Assembly: GCA_000434675.1 (NCBI GenBank)
Contig: HF988646.1
Coordinates: 9,712-73,711, forward strand
Reading direction: 5' to 3'
Length of the DNA stretch: 64,000 nt
Source of the DNA: Faecalibacterium sp. CAG:1138
Lineage (GTDB): Bacteria; Bacillota; Clostridia; Christensenellales; CAG-917
Below the pieces are notes generated by a model. That model was not told the DNA's origin and made no database searches. It worked only from the letters and a program-made list of their open reading frames with translations. Every line of letters begins with the position of its first letter. Position 1 is the stretch's first letter. The translations under genes were made by a program, and so were the position numbers. Shown piece after piece: positions 28,815-38,576 of the stretch.

Positions 28815-29752
28815 TGGAAATCAACATGGGCAGGGAATATATCGACGGCAAGGTCGTCGGCATCGAGGATTTTGCCCGGGATTGCAATCTCGAAATACTT
28901 TGGAGCGAAAAAGGTTACAAGCTTCCGCTTTCCACCGTAAGCGTAAACAGGCCGGGTTTGGTGCTGTCGGGCTTTGACGACTATTTTGCCGGCAAACGCC
29001 TGCAGGTTATGGGCAACGCCGAAATGTACTTTTTGTACAAAATGGACACGGAAGCTTGCGACAAAGCGTTGCGCGCTTTGTTCAAGCACAAAATTCCGTG
29101 CCTCATAATAAGCCGTCGCTTGCAACCGACGGAGCACATGATCGACATTGCGAAGGAATATAATTGTCCGATTTTAAGAAGCGACGAAATCACCTCAAAC
29201 GTCGTCAACGACTTGGTGAATTATCTCAACGATCAGCTTGCTCCCGAAACCACCGTGCACGGCGAGCTTCTGGACGTGGACGGCATAGGCGTTCTGATAA
29301 CGGGCAACAGCGGCATCGGCAAAAGCGAAGTGGCGCTGGAGCTGGTGCATCGCGGCCACATGCTGGTTGCCGACGACAACGTGGTCGTAAAGCGGGTTAA
29401 GGACAGGCTTCTCGGCAGACCTGCCGAGGCCATAAGAGATTTTCTGGAAGTAAGGGGCGTCGGGATAATCAACGTCAAAAACATGTACGGCGTCGCAGGC
29501 GTTTTGCCGGAGAGCAAAATCGACGTCTGCATACACCTCGACAAATGGGACGAAACAAAATCCTACGATCGTTTCGGCGACGAACAGCTAACCATGGAAA
29601 TGCTTGGCGTCGAGGTGCCGAAAACCGTGATTCCGGTTATGCCCGGGCGCAACATCGCAATCGTCGTCGAAGTCGTGGCAAAAAATCTTCGCTTAAAGCA
29701 CATGGGATACGACGCGCTCGAGGAAATCAAAAACCGCAACAACATAGGCTAA
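28814..29752 (+). CDS. hprK: HPr kinase/phosphorylase
   Basis: GVLITGNSGIGKSEVALELVHRGHMLVADD is the P-loop signature. The start ATG overlaps the upstream stop. Confidence 0.9.
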   Translation: MEINMGREYIDGKVVGIEDFARDCNLEILWSEKGYKLPLSTVSVNRPGLVLSGFDDYFAGKRLQVMGNAEMYFLYKMDTEACDKALRALFKHKIPCLIISRRLQPTEHMIDIAKEYNCPILRSDEITSNVVNDLVNYLNDQLAPETTVHGELLDVDGIGVLITGNSGIGKSEVALELVHRGHMLVADDNVVVKRVKDRLLGRPAEAIRDFLEVRGVGIINVKNMYGVAGVLPESKIDVCIHLDKWDETKSYDRFGDEQLTMEMLGVEVPKTVIPVMPGRNIAIVVEVVAKNLRLKHMGYDALEEIKNRNNIG

Positions 29753-29779
29753 AAGACAGGCGGTTTCATATAATAGAGT

Positions 29780-30628
29780 ATGAATCCGCTTTTGAAACAT
29801 ATCACTCTGACTTCCGCGTCGGTTTTAACCACGGCCAAAATCGGCGGCTCGGTGTGGACGTTGAGGCCAAGTTCCGCCAGCGAGCTTGCATTTTTCGTTT
29901 CGGAGCTTGATAGGGCAGGCGTAAAATATATGCCCGTCGGCGGCGGAAGCAATCTTATCGTCTCCGACCGCCCGAGAACCGTTGCCGTTTCCACTTCCGC
30001 CTTCGATCTCGTGGAAGCAAACGGCCGCAAAATATACGCGGGCGCAGGCGCGCGACTTTCGGAAATCATGCGGACGGCCGAAAAAAACGGATTGTCCGGC
30101 GTCGAATTCTGGGCGGGCATACCCGCAACGTTCGGCGGCGCAGTAAAGATGAACGCAGGGGCGTTTTCGTCCGAAACGATGGATAAAGTGCTTTATATCG
30201 ACGTTTTAACGGGCGGAAAAGTCAAAAGACTTTGGAAAAGCGGCATAAATTACGGCTACAGGCACACGGAAACAGACGGCATAATTTTGGGCGGGGCGAT
30301 TGCTCTGGAACCGTCCTCTCCGGATGCCGTACGACAAAAAACGCGGGAGTATCTCGAAAAACGGCGGCAAACGCAACCTGCGGGGAAAAGCGCGGGCAGC
30401 GTTTTCAAAAAAGTGGGCGGAGTGGGCGCCGGCAAATATCTGGACCTTGCGGGGCTTAAGGGCAAACGCTTCGGCGGCGCCGTCGTCAGCGAAAAACATG
30501 CGGGTTTCTTTTTGAACGACGGAGGCGCGACCTTTGAAGATTTCAGGCGTCTTGCCGATTACGCGGCCGACAAAGTTTGGCAGAAATTCGGCGTAAAACT
30601 AGAGAAGGAAGTTGTTTATTTTGAATAA
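29780..30628 (+). CDS. murB: UDP-N-acetylenolpyruvoylglucosamine reductase
   Basis: FAD-binding GGGSNLIV, GIPATFGGAVKMNAGA, and C-terminal AGSVFK. Confidence 0.9.
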   Translation: MNPLLKHITLTSASVLTTAKIGGSVWTLRPSSASELAFFVSELDRAGVKYMPVGGGSNLIVSDRPRTVAVSTSAFDLVEANGRKIYAGAGARLSEIMRTAEKNGLSGVEFWAGIPATFGGAVKMNAGAFSSETMDKVLYIDVLTGGKVKRLWKSGINYGYRHTETDGIILGGAIALEPSSPDAVRQKTREYLEKRRQTQPAGKSAGSVFKKVGGVGAGKYLDLAGLKGKRFGGAVVSEKHAGFFLNDGGATFEDFRRLADYAADKVWQKFGVKLEKEVVYFE

Positions 30629-31397
30629 ATTTTTCGGCGATTATCATACTCACACAACCATGTCGGACGGCAAAAACAGCGTGTCCGACCTCGTGCGGTA
30701 TGCCGAAAAAAACGGTTTTTCGGAGCTTGCGATCACCGATCACGGCTACGGCAACGTTGCTTGCGCGATGACCGACGACAAGCTGAAAACTTTAAGGTGC
30801 GAGGCGGACAAGCATAACGCCCAAAATACGGATTTGAAAATTCTGATAGGCGTCGAGGCCGATTTCGTAAGTTACGACGGAAGCATCGACCTCACGGAGG
30901 ACAGATTTCAGGCGTTCGACGTGGTTACGGTAGGTTTTCATCGGTTCGTCAAAACCAAAAAGTTTTCGGAGTGGTTCGGTCTGGAGTTCTACAACGGCTT
31001 TCTGGCAAAACGTTTCGGAGCGAGCGAGAAGCGGCGCAGGAAGAACACCGATATGGTCGTTTCCGCTCTCGAAAGATACGACATCGACATTCTCGCACAT
31101 ATAAATCACTACTTGAAGGTGGACGCAAAACGCGTCGGCGAGGTCTGCGCAAAGCGCGGCACCTACGTCGAAATGAATCAGAAGCACCTGGACGTTCTGG
31201 AAGAGGTGATAGACGAGCTTTTAGAAACGGACTGTCTGTTCATTGCAAACAGCGACAATCACGACGTTAAAAAATGTGATAATCTGGACAAGGTGGCCGA
31301 GTTCGTCGAGCGGCACAATATACCCGAAAGCCGCGTCGTAAACCTCGGAAAAACCCCGACTTTCAAGAACCACGGAGGGCAAAATGGAAAAAGTTAA
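30612..31397 (+). CDS. PHP-domain phosphoesterase (histidinol-phosphatase-like)
   Basis: DYHTHTTMSDG...LAITDHG are PHP motifs. The TTG start is uncertain. Confidence 0.75.
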   Translation: MFILNKFFGDYHTHTTMSDGKNSVSDLVRYAEKNGFSELAITDHGYGNVACAMTDDKLKTLRCEADKHNAQNTDLKILIGVEADFVSYDGSIDLTEDRFQAFDVVTVGFHRFVKTKKFSEWFGLEFYNGFLAKRFGASEKRRRKNTDMVVSALERYDIDILAHINHYLKVDAKRVGEVCAKRGTYVEMNQKHLDVLEEVIDELLETDCLFIANSDNHDVKKCDNLDKVAEFVERHNIPESRVVNLGKTPTFKNHGGQNGKS

Positions 31398-32373
31398 GTT
31401 TACCGTCTGCGCCAAAAACGAAATGCTCAAAAATCAGCCGACCGAAGTCTGCTGCGCAAAGGCGTGGCTTGCGGCGGCGGTGAAGGCGACGGGCAGTCTG
31501 AACATAACCAAAACGGGAATGAACGTGGTTTTCGAAAGCGACGACTACGACTATATGATGAGCGTGGTGCATGCCATAAAACTGTTGTATTCGCTTCCGG
31601 TGGAGCTTATTTCACAGCGCGGAAAAGGCGCCAAAAAGAGCGCGGCGTTCATGGTGAAGCTGGGGAAAAGCCAGTCCGAAACCCTGCTTTTCGACGTCGG
31701 AATCTGGGAAAAGGGCGAAGACGATATGCCGTGTTTTGCTCGCGGAGTGAGGAAGGAAATAGTCAGGAAGGAGTGCTGCGCCAAGGCTTTTCTGCGTTCC
31801 GTATTCGTTGCCACGGGAAGCGCCAACGTTCCGCCTAAGCTCATCGGCGAATCGGACAGCGTGGAGTCGTCCGGCGGCGGTTATTATCTGGAATTCGTGC
31901 TTTCGGACGAAATTCTGGCCGAGGTCGTAGCGGGGCTTCTGAAAAGCTTGGGCGTTCCCGCAAAAACCACCGAGCGGAAAGAAAAGTTCGTGGTGTACCA
32001 AAAAGACAGCGAAATCATTTCCAACACCTTCGCGCTTTTAGGGGCGCACGAAGCGGTTATGTATATGCAGGAAATCATGGTGGAGCGCACGCTTTCCGCC
32101 AACCTCAACCGCCAGAGCAACATTGCCGCGGCAAACGCGGACAAAACGGTGATTGCCGCCACAAAACAGGTTTTAGCCATTCAAACCATCGACAAAACCT
32201 CGGGTTTGGACAAGCTTCCGGACACGCTTAAAGAAATTGCCGTCCTGCGCCTTGAAAATCCGACGGCAGGGCTTGACTTTTTTGCGGGCAGGCTCGGCAT
32301 AACCAAAAGCGGCGTGAACCACCGCTTCAGAAAGCTCGTGCAAATGGCAGAAGAAATCGAAAACAAACGATAA
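31384..32373 (+). CDS. whiA: DNA-binding protein WhiA
   Basis: Typical WhiA length and context (hprK-murB-PHP-whiA) with a C-terminal HTH (GITKSGVNHRFRKL). Confidence 0.85.
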   Translation: MEKVKFTVCAKNEMLKNQPTEVCCAKAWLAAAVKATGSLNITKTGMNVVFESDDYDYMMSVVHAIKLLYSLPVELISQRGKGAKKSAAFMVKLGKSQSETLLFDVGIWEKGEDDMPCFARGVRKEIVRKECCAKAFLRSVFVATGSANVPPKLIGESDSVESSGGGYYLEFVLSDEILAEVVAGLLKSLGVPAKTTERKEKFVVYQKDSEIISNTFALLGAHEAVMYMQEIMVERTLSANLNRQSNIAAANADKTVIAATKQVLAIQTIDKTSGLDKLPDTLKEIAVLRLENPTAGLDFFAGRLGITKSGVNHRFRKLVQMAEEIENKR

Positions 32374-32389
32374 ACGAAAAGAAACGCTT

Positions 32390-35300
32390 ATGAAAGAATT
32401 TGTGCATTTACATCTACACACCGAATACAGTCTTCTCGACGGCATGGCCCGCATCAAAAAGGGCAAAAAAGGCACGCCGCTTTTGGACGCGTTGAAAGCC
32501 AAGGGCATGAAGGCCTGCGCCATCACCGATCACGGCAACATGTACGGCGTTTATCCTTTCGTCGAAACCTTCAATTCCGTCCGCAAAAAAGCGGTGGACA
32601 AATATAAGGAGCAGCTTGAAGCCGAGGGCAAAACCAAGGACGAAATCAAAGCTGCCGTCAAAGAGAACGCCGACAACTTAGACAGCATGAAGCCTATCAT
32701 CGGCAGCGAGTTTTACGTGGTTGACAATCACAAGGTATTCGAGCACGGCGAAACGCGCAACCACCTTATATTGCTTGCCAAAAATCAGACAGGCTACAAA
32801 AATCTGATGAAGCTGTCGAGCATATCTTTTATCGACGGATTCTATTACAAGCCGCGCATCGACATGCAGCTTCTTAAGGAGCACAGCGAGGGGCTTATCT
32901 GTCTTTCCGCGTGCATACAGGGCAAAATTCCGCAGCTTCTCTTAAACGACGACTACGAAGGCGCCAAAAAGCTGGCTCTGGAATTCAAGAGCATGTTTGC
33001 GCCGGGCGATTTTTATCTAGAATTGCAGTTTCACGGCACGCCGGAGCAGGCGAAAATGCCGTACGTCTATAGGGGCGAGGACAAACGCGATATGCCGCTC
33101 TGGCAGCGTCAGCGTTATATAAATCCGCTTCTCAAAAAGCTTGCGGACGAAATCGGTGTAAAAGTGGTTGCCACCAACGACGTGCACTATCTCACCAAAG
33201 AGGACGCCGAGGTTCAGGACGTTATGCTTTGCGTCAACATGCAGCGAAAAGTGGGCGATCCCGACCGTATGCGTATGGATCCGCACGAGTTTTATCTCAA
33301 AACCTACGACGAAATGCTCCTTATGCTGCCGGAATATCCGGAGGCTTTGGACACCACAGTCGAAATTGCCGACAAATGCAACGTCACGGTTGAAATCCGC
33401 GCGCCGGAAGGGCACTACGAAATTCCTAACTATGTTCCTGAGGGTGACGACGGCAAACCGCTGGGGATAACCGCGGAGGAATATCTTTCCCAAATGAGCT
33501 GGGCGGGGCTTAAAAAACGCTATTCGGTCATAACCAAAGAGCTTGAAGACAGAATGAGGATGGAGCTCGACGTCATCATAAAGATGGGTTTTGCGGGCTA
33601 CTATCTCATCGTTTGGGACTACATCAACTGGGCCAAAAAGCACGGGATACCGATAGGGCCGGGGCGCGGAAGCGGCGTCGGCAGCATAGTGGCCTATTGC
33701 GTGGGCATAACCAACGTCGATCCTATCCGCTACAATCTTCTCTTCGAGCGTTTTCTGAACGTGGAAAGGATAAGCATGCCGGACTTTGACGTGGACATCT
33801 GCATCGAAGGCCGCGGCAAGGTTATCGAATACGTATCTCACAAATATCACCCTGAAAACGTCACGCAGATCATCGCATTCGGCACGATGAGTGCGCGCTC
33901 GTCCTTAAAGGACGTGGCAAGGGCGTACGACATACCTTACGCCGACGCGGACAAGTGGTCCAAAGCCATACCTATGGAGGCGGGCAAGTGCAGCTTCGAC
34001 AAGGCTTTGGGGCTTTACAAAAACGACGAAGGCAAGGTTGAAGGCGCGTCGCCTGACTTTATAGAGTTCTATGAAACCGACGCCACCGCACACAGCATAA
34101 TCGACATCGCAAGAAAACTCGAGGGCATGCCTCGCCAGACTTCCATGCACGCATGCGGCGTTTTGATATGCCCGAAAAAGGTTGTGGAATATCTGCCGCT
34201 TCAGCGAAAGGAAGACAGCATCACCACCCAGTTCGACAAGGATCAGGTGGAAGCGATGGGGCTTGTCAAGATGGACTTTTTGGGTTTAAGAACCCTAACA
34301 GACATCAACCTCGCTTGTCAGTACGCCAAGGAAGACTACGGCGTCGACATCGACTTCGACAAAGCGGGCGTCGACGATCCGGAGGTTTACGCCGAAATTT
34401 ACAGCGGCGACACCGTCGGCATATTCCAGCTGGAAAGCGCGGGCATGTGCAAATTTATGCAGCGCCTGAAGCCTGACAAACTGGAGGACGTCATCGCAGG
34501 CGTTTCGCTCTACAGGCCGGGCCCTATGCAGTTTATCGACTCCTACATTAAGGGTAAGCATAACCCCGAAAGCGTTCGCTACGTCGACGAAAAACTCAAA
34601 AAAATTCTCGACGTAACCTACGGTTGCATAGTCTATCAGGAACAGGTTATGCAGATTGCCCGCGAAGTGGCGGGCTACAGCCTCGGCGGCGCAGACCTTT
34701 TGCGCCGAGCCATGGGCAAGAAAAAAGTTGACATTATGAAGCACAACAAAGAAGTCTTCATAAACGGCGGCAAGCCTGACGAAAACAGGGCGGCGGTCAT
34801 TCCGGGCGCAGTCAAGCTGGGCATGAAGGCGGAAGTGGCCAACTCGCTTTTCGATCAGATTTTGCAATTTGCGTCCTACGCGTTCAACAAATCCCACGCG
34901 GCGGCGTACAGCGTCATCACCTATCAGACAGCCTATCTCAAGCGCTACTACAGGGCGCAGTTCATGACGGCGATTCTCAACAACCGCATCACCGACGCCA
35001 AGGAAATCGGCAAATATGTCAACTATCTCACGTCGGTCGACATCAAGGTTCTGCCGCCTGACATAAACCGCAGCAAGCAGAAGTTTGCCACCGAGGGCAA
35101 AGCCGTCCGTTTCGGTCTTATGGCCATAAAGGGCGTCGGCGAGCAGGCCGTCGCGGAAATCGTTAAGGAAAGAGAGCAAAACGGCGTCTATTCCGACCTT
35201 GAAGACGTAATCAGGCGAAACGCGGGCGTCGGCCTCAACAAACGCATGGTGGAGAACATGATAAAGGGCGGCGTTTTCGACTGTTTCGGCCGTACCAGAA

Positions 35301-36184
35301 GCACGCTTATGTCCTCTTACGAACAAATTATGGACATCGTCGCTCACGACAAAAAGAACAGCGAATCCGGCCAGCTTTCTCTCTTCGACAATCTGTTTGG
35401 CGAGGAAGACGAAGCGTTGCAATCCTTCACCTACGTCAATCTGCCGGAGTACAGCGAAGTGGAAAAACTGGGCTACGAAAAGGAAGTTCTGGGTATGTAT
35501 TCCACGGGACATCCGCTCAACAGCTTCAAAAACGCTCTCAAAAAATTCGGTTTCAACACCTCGATGCTCGTTGCCGAAGCCGACGACGACGCATCAGACG
35601 ACGTGGAAGAAGAAACCGTATCTCTCGACGAAAACGGCGAAATGAGGGAAACCGTTCGCTACGATCTGTCCCTCAACAATCAGCGAGTCAGCATGGGCGG
35701 CGTTCTGACGGAGATGACCAAAAAAATCAGCAAAAAGACGGGCAAAAACATGGGTTACGGCACGCTGGAGGATTTGTTCGGCACCATCGAAGTGGTTTTC
35801 TTCACGGACGCGTTTGAAAAATATCGTCACCTTCTGAAGGAAAACAGCTTCATAAGCGTAACGGGCACGCTCAGCGTACAGGCCGAGGACAGGCCGAAGA
35901 TAACCGTCAGGGAAGTTAAGGAGCTTTCCGCCGACGGCATTGAAGAAAAAGCTTCCGAACCCGAAAAGCACGGCATAATTTATCTCAGAATGTCGCCTCG
36001 CTCCGACGTCGTAACCGCGGTGCAGAGGATACTTGCAAGATACAAGGGTGACAACGTCGTCCGAGTCAAGTTCCGCGACAACGACGTGAGGGAATTTCCT
36101 CAGAAAGTGGCAATCACCGACGCGCTTATGTTCGATCTCGGAATGACGGTCGGGCAAGAAAACGTCAAAGTCATTTACAAATAA
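32390..36184 (+). CDS. dnaE: DNA polymerase III subunit alpha
   Basis: PHP N-terminus FVHLHLHTEYSLLDG, catalytic region PDFDVDI, 1264 aa. Confidence 0.95.
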   Translation: MKEFVHLHLHTEYSLLDGMARIKKGKKGTPLLDALKAKGMKACAITDHGNMYGVYPFVETFNSVRKKAVDKYKEQLEAEGKTKDEIKAAVKENADNLDSMKPIIGSEFYVVDNHKVFEHGETRNHLILLAKNQTGYKNLMKLSSISFIDGFYYKPRIDMQLLKEHSEGLICLSACIQGKIPQLLLNDDYEGAKKLALEFKSMFAPGDFYLELQFHGTPEQAKMPYVYRGEDKRDMPLWQRQRYINPLLKKLADEIGVKVVATNDVHYLTKEDAEVQDVMLCVNMQRKVGDPDRMRMDPHEFYLKTYDEMLLMLPEYPEALDTTVEIADKCNVTVEIRAPEGHYEIPNYVPEGDDGKPLGITAEEYLSQMSWAGLKKRYSVITKELEDRMRMELDVIIKMGFAGYYLIVWDYINWAKKHGIPIGPGRGSGVGSIVAYCVGITNVDPIRYNLLFERFLNVERISMPDFDVDICIEGRGKVIEYVSHKYHPENVTQIIAFGTMSARSSLKDVARAYDIPYADADKWSKAIPMEAGKCSFDKALGLYKNDEGKVEGASPDFIEFYETDATAHSIIDIARKLEGMPRQTSMHACGVLICPKKVVEYLPLQRKEDSITTQFDKDQVEAMGLVKMDFLGLRTLTDINLACQYAKEDYGVDIDFDKAGVDDPEVYAEIYSGDTVGIFQLESAGMCKFMQRLKPDKLEDVIAGVSLYRPGPMQFIDSYIKGKHNPESVRYVDEKLKKILDVTYGCIVYQEQVMQIAREVAGYSLGGADLLRRAMGKKKVDIMKHNKEVFINGGKPDENRAAVIPGAVKLGMKAEVANSLFDQILQFASYAFNKSHAAAYSVITYQTAYLKRYYRAQFMTAILNNRITDAKEIGKYVNYLTSVDIKVLPPDINRSKQKFATEGKAVRFGLMAIKGVGEQAVAEIVKEREQNGVYSDLEDVIRRNAGVGLNKRMVENMIKGGVFDCFGRTRSTLMSSYEQIMDIVAHDKKNSESGQLSLFDNLFGEEDEALQSFTYVNLPEYSEVEKLGYEKEVLGMYSTGHPLNSFKNALKKFGFNTSMLVAEADDDASDDVEEETVSLDENGEMRETVRYDLSLNNQRVSMGGVLTEMTKKISKKTGKNMGYGTLEDLFGTIEVVFFTDAFEKYRHLLKENSFISVTGTLSVQAEDRPKITVREVKELSADGIEEKASEPEKHGIIYLRMSPRSDVVTAVQRILARYKGDNVVRVKFRDNDVREFPQKVAITDALMFDLGMTVGQENVKVIYK

Positions 36185-36252
36185 TTTGTAAACGCTTGAT
36201 TTTGACGCAAAATTTGATATAATTGAAACGAATAACACAAGGATTTTTGCTT

Positions 36253-37215
36253 ATGAAAAGAATTGCAATTTTGACTTCAGGCGGCGACGCTCCGGGCATG
36301 AACGCATGCATCAGGGCGGCCACCAGATACGCGCTCAGCAAAGGCTTCGACGTTTACGGCGTCGAAAGAGGCTATCAGGGCCTTATCGAAGGCGAACTTT
36401 TCCGTATGGGTTCCAGAAACGTTTCGGGCATCATTCACAAGGGCGGCACCTTCCTTAAAACCGCAAGATGTCCCGAATTCAAAACGCTCGACGGCCAGCG
36501 GCACGCGGCCGAAACCTTGGGAGCGTTCGGCATCGACGGGCTTATCTGCATCGGCGGCGACGGAACGTTCAGGGGAGCAAAGGATTTGTCCGACAACTTC
36601 GGCGTGAACGTAATCGGCATACCGGGCACCATCGACAACGATCTGGCTTACACGGATTATACTTTGGGCTTCGACACTGCCGTCAACACCTGTATCTGGG
36701 CCATCAACTGTCTGCGCGACACCATGGGCAGTCACGACCGCGTGAGCCTTCTGGAGGTTATGGGCAGACGTTGCGGCGACATCGCGTTGTATGCGGGCAT
36801 CGCCGGCGGTGCCGAATATATTCTGGTTCCGGAGGTTCCGTACGATCTCGACGCCATTTGCAAAAGCATTTCCATGAGCCAGAAGAGGGGCAAAACGTCC
36901 AACATGATCATCCTTGCCGAGGGCGCGGGCAATCAGGCCGACGTCTGCAAATATATTCTGGAAAAAACGGGCATCGAAGTCAAAACAACCACGCTCGGTC
37001 ATATTCAGCGCGGCGGCAGTCCGACGGTTTCCGACCGCGTGCTTGCGGCGAAACTTGCTGTCAAATCGGTCGATTTGCTGCTTGAGGGCAAAACCAATCG
37101 CGTTGTCGGCATACGCCACAACGAAATCATCGACGAAGACATCACCGAGGCTCTTAACATGCCTCGCACCTTCGACAAAGATCTTTACGATATCACACTA
37201 ACAATCGGTTTATAA
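36253..37215 (+). CDS. pfkA: ATP-dependent 6-phosphofructokinase
   Basis: MKRIAILTSGGDAPGMNA...IGGDGTFRGA...GIPGTIDND are canonical. Confidence 0.95.
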   Translation: MKRIAILTSGGDAPGMNACIRAATRYALSKGFDVYGVERGYQGLIEGELFRMGSRNVSGIIHKGGTFLKTARCPEFKTLDGQRHAAETLGAFGIDGLICIGGDGTFRGAKDLSDNFGVNVIGIPGTIDNDLAYTDYTLGFDTAVNTCIWAINCLRDTMGSHDRVSLLEVMGRRCGDIALYAGIAGGAEYILVPEVPYDLDAICKSISMSQKRGKTSNMIILAEGAGNQADVCKYILEKTGIEVKTTTLGHIQRGGSPTVSDRVLAAKLAVKSVDLLLEGKTNRVVGIRHNEIIDEDITEALNMPRTFDKDLYDITLTIGL

Positions 37216-37263
37216 GCCGAAAATCAACACATAAAACACATTTTACAAAATTTGGAGGTTACT

Positions 37264-38511
37264 ATGAAAAATCTTAAAGGCGCTTGTATGTTTGCGCAGT
37301 CCGGCGGTCCTACGTCGGTTATCAACAGCTCCGCGGCAGGCGTGTTTCTGGAGGCATTGAAGAGCCCTGAAATCACCAAGGTTTATGGCGCGGCTCACGG
37401 CATCAAGGGCGTTTTGGACGAGCAGTTCTACGACATCGGTCTTGAAGACAAAAAGGAGCTTGAACTTTTGAAATACACCCCAAGCTCCGCTTTGGGTTCG
37501 GTTCGCTACAAACTCAAAGACGTTTCCGTCGACGACACCGACTACAAACGCATTTTGGAAGTTTTCAAAAAATACGACATTCGCTATTTCTTCTACAACG
37601 GCGGCAACGACAGCATGGACACCTGCAACAAAATCAGCAAGTTCCTCAACGGTTCCGGCTGGGATTGCAACGTAATCGGCGTGCCTAAAACCATCGATAA
37701 CGATCTGTTCGGCACCGATCACTGCCCGGGTTTTGCTTCCGCCGCAAAATATATCGCCACCACTTTGATGGAAATCAATCTGGACGCAAAGGTTTACAAC
37801 ACCGGCATGGTGTGCGTCATCGAAGTTATGGGCAGAAATGCCGGCTGGCTGACCGCGGCCGCAAGCCTTGCGGGCTATAAGGGCCTCGGCGCAGACCTTA
37901 TCTATCTTCCGGAAGTTGCGTTCGACGTTGACAAATTCGTATCCGACGTTGAGGGCGTTCTCGCCAAAAACGACAACAAGTGCATCGCAGTCGTTTCCGA
38001 AGGCATCAAGCTTGCCGACGGCAGATACGTAGGCGAATTCACCGCTTCCAAAACCGACCTCTTCGGTCACGCTCAGCTCGGCGGCGTAGGCCAGATGCTC
38101 GCAAACGTCATCAAAGAAAAAACCGGCATCAAAACCCGCGCAATCGAACTCAGCCTTATGCAGCGTTGCGGCGCGCACCTCGCTTCCAAAGTGGACGTAG
38201 AGGAAGCTTTCGGCGCAGGCGCGGAAGCAGTCAAAGCGGCGGTTTCCGGCGAAACCGACAAAATGGTTTGCTTCGAAAGGGATATGTCCACCGGCCATTA
38301 CGTCTGCAAATACAAGCTTCTGCCCCTGGAACTTGCGGCCAACACCGAAAAAACCGTTCCTTTGGATTGGATAACAAACAACGGCACCGCACTTTCCGAC
38401 AAATTCGTCGAATACGCTCTGCCTCTCATTCAGGGCGACGCAAAAGCTCCGCTCGAAGACGGACTTCCGCGTTTTGCAAAACTTAAAAAAGTTTTGGTAG
38501 AAAAACTTTAA
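37264..38511 (+). CDS. pfp: Phosphofructokinase-family protein, long (~415 aa) type, probably PPi-dependent
   Basis: SGGPTSVINSS, NGGNDSMDT (not GGDG) and VPKTIDND. The phosphoryl-donor specificity is inferred, not demonstrated. Confidence 0.7.
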   Translation: MKNLKGACMFAQSGGPTSVINSSAAGVFLEALKSPEITKVYGAAHGIKGVLDEQFYDIGLEDKKELELLKYTPSSALGSVRYKLKDVSVDDTDYKRILEVFKKYDIRYFFYNGGNDSMDTCNKISKFLNGSGWDCNVIGVPKTIDNDLFGTDHCPGFASAAKYIATTLMEINLDAKVYNTGMVCVIEVMGRNAGWLTAAASLAGYKGLGADLIYLPEVAFDVDKFVSDVEGVLAKNDNKCIAVVSEGIKLADGRYVGEFTASKTDLFGHAQLGGVGQMLANVIKEKTGIKTRAIELSLMQRCGAHLASKVDVEEAFGAGAEAVKAAVSGETDKMVCFERDMSTGHYVCKYKLLPLELAANTEKTVPLDWITNNGTALSDKFVEYALPLIQGDAKAPLEDGLPRFAKLKKVLVEKL

Positions 38512-38576
38512 TCGAAAATAATCAAATCGGTTTTCCGCAGCGGCTTCCGCTGCGGAAAATTTAGCAAAGAGGATTT

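Noticed and set aside
38531-38559. Hairpin CCGCAGCGG-CTT-CCGCTGCGG after pfp as an intrinsic terminator
   Set aside because: The stem is strong, but it is followed by AAAATTT rather than a U-run on the plus strand. It was left unannotated.
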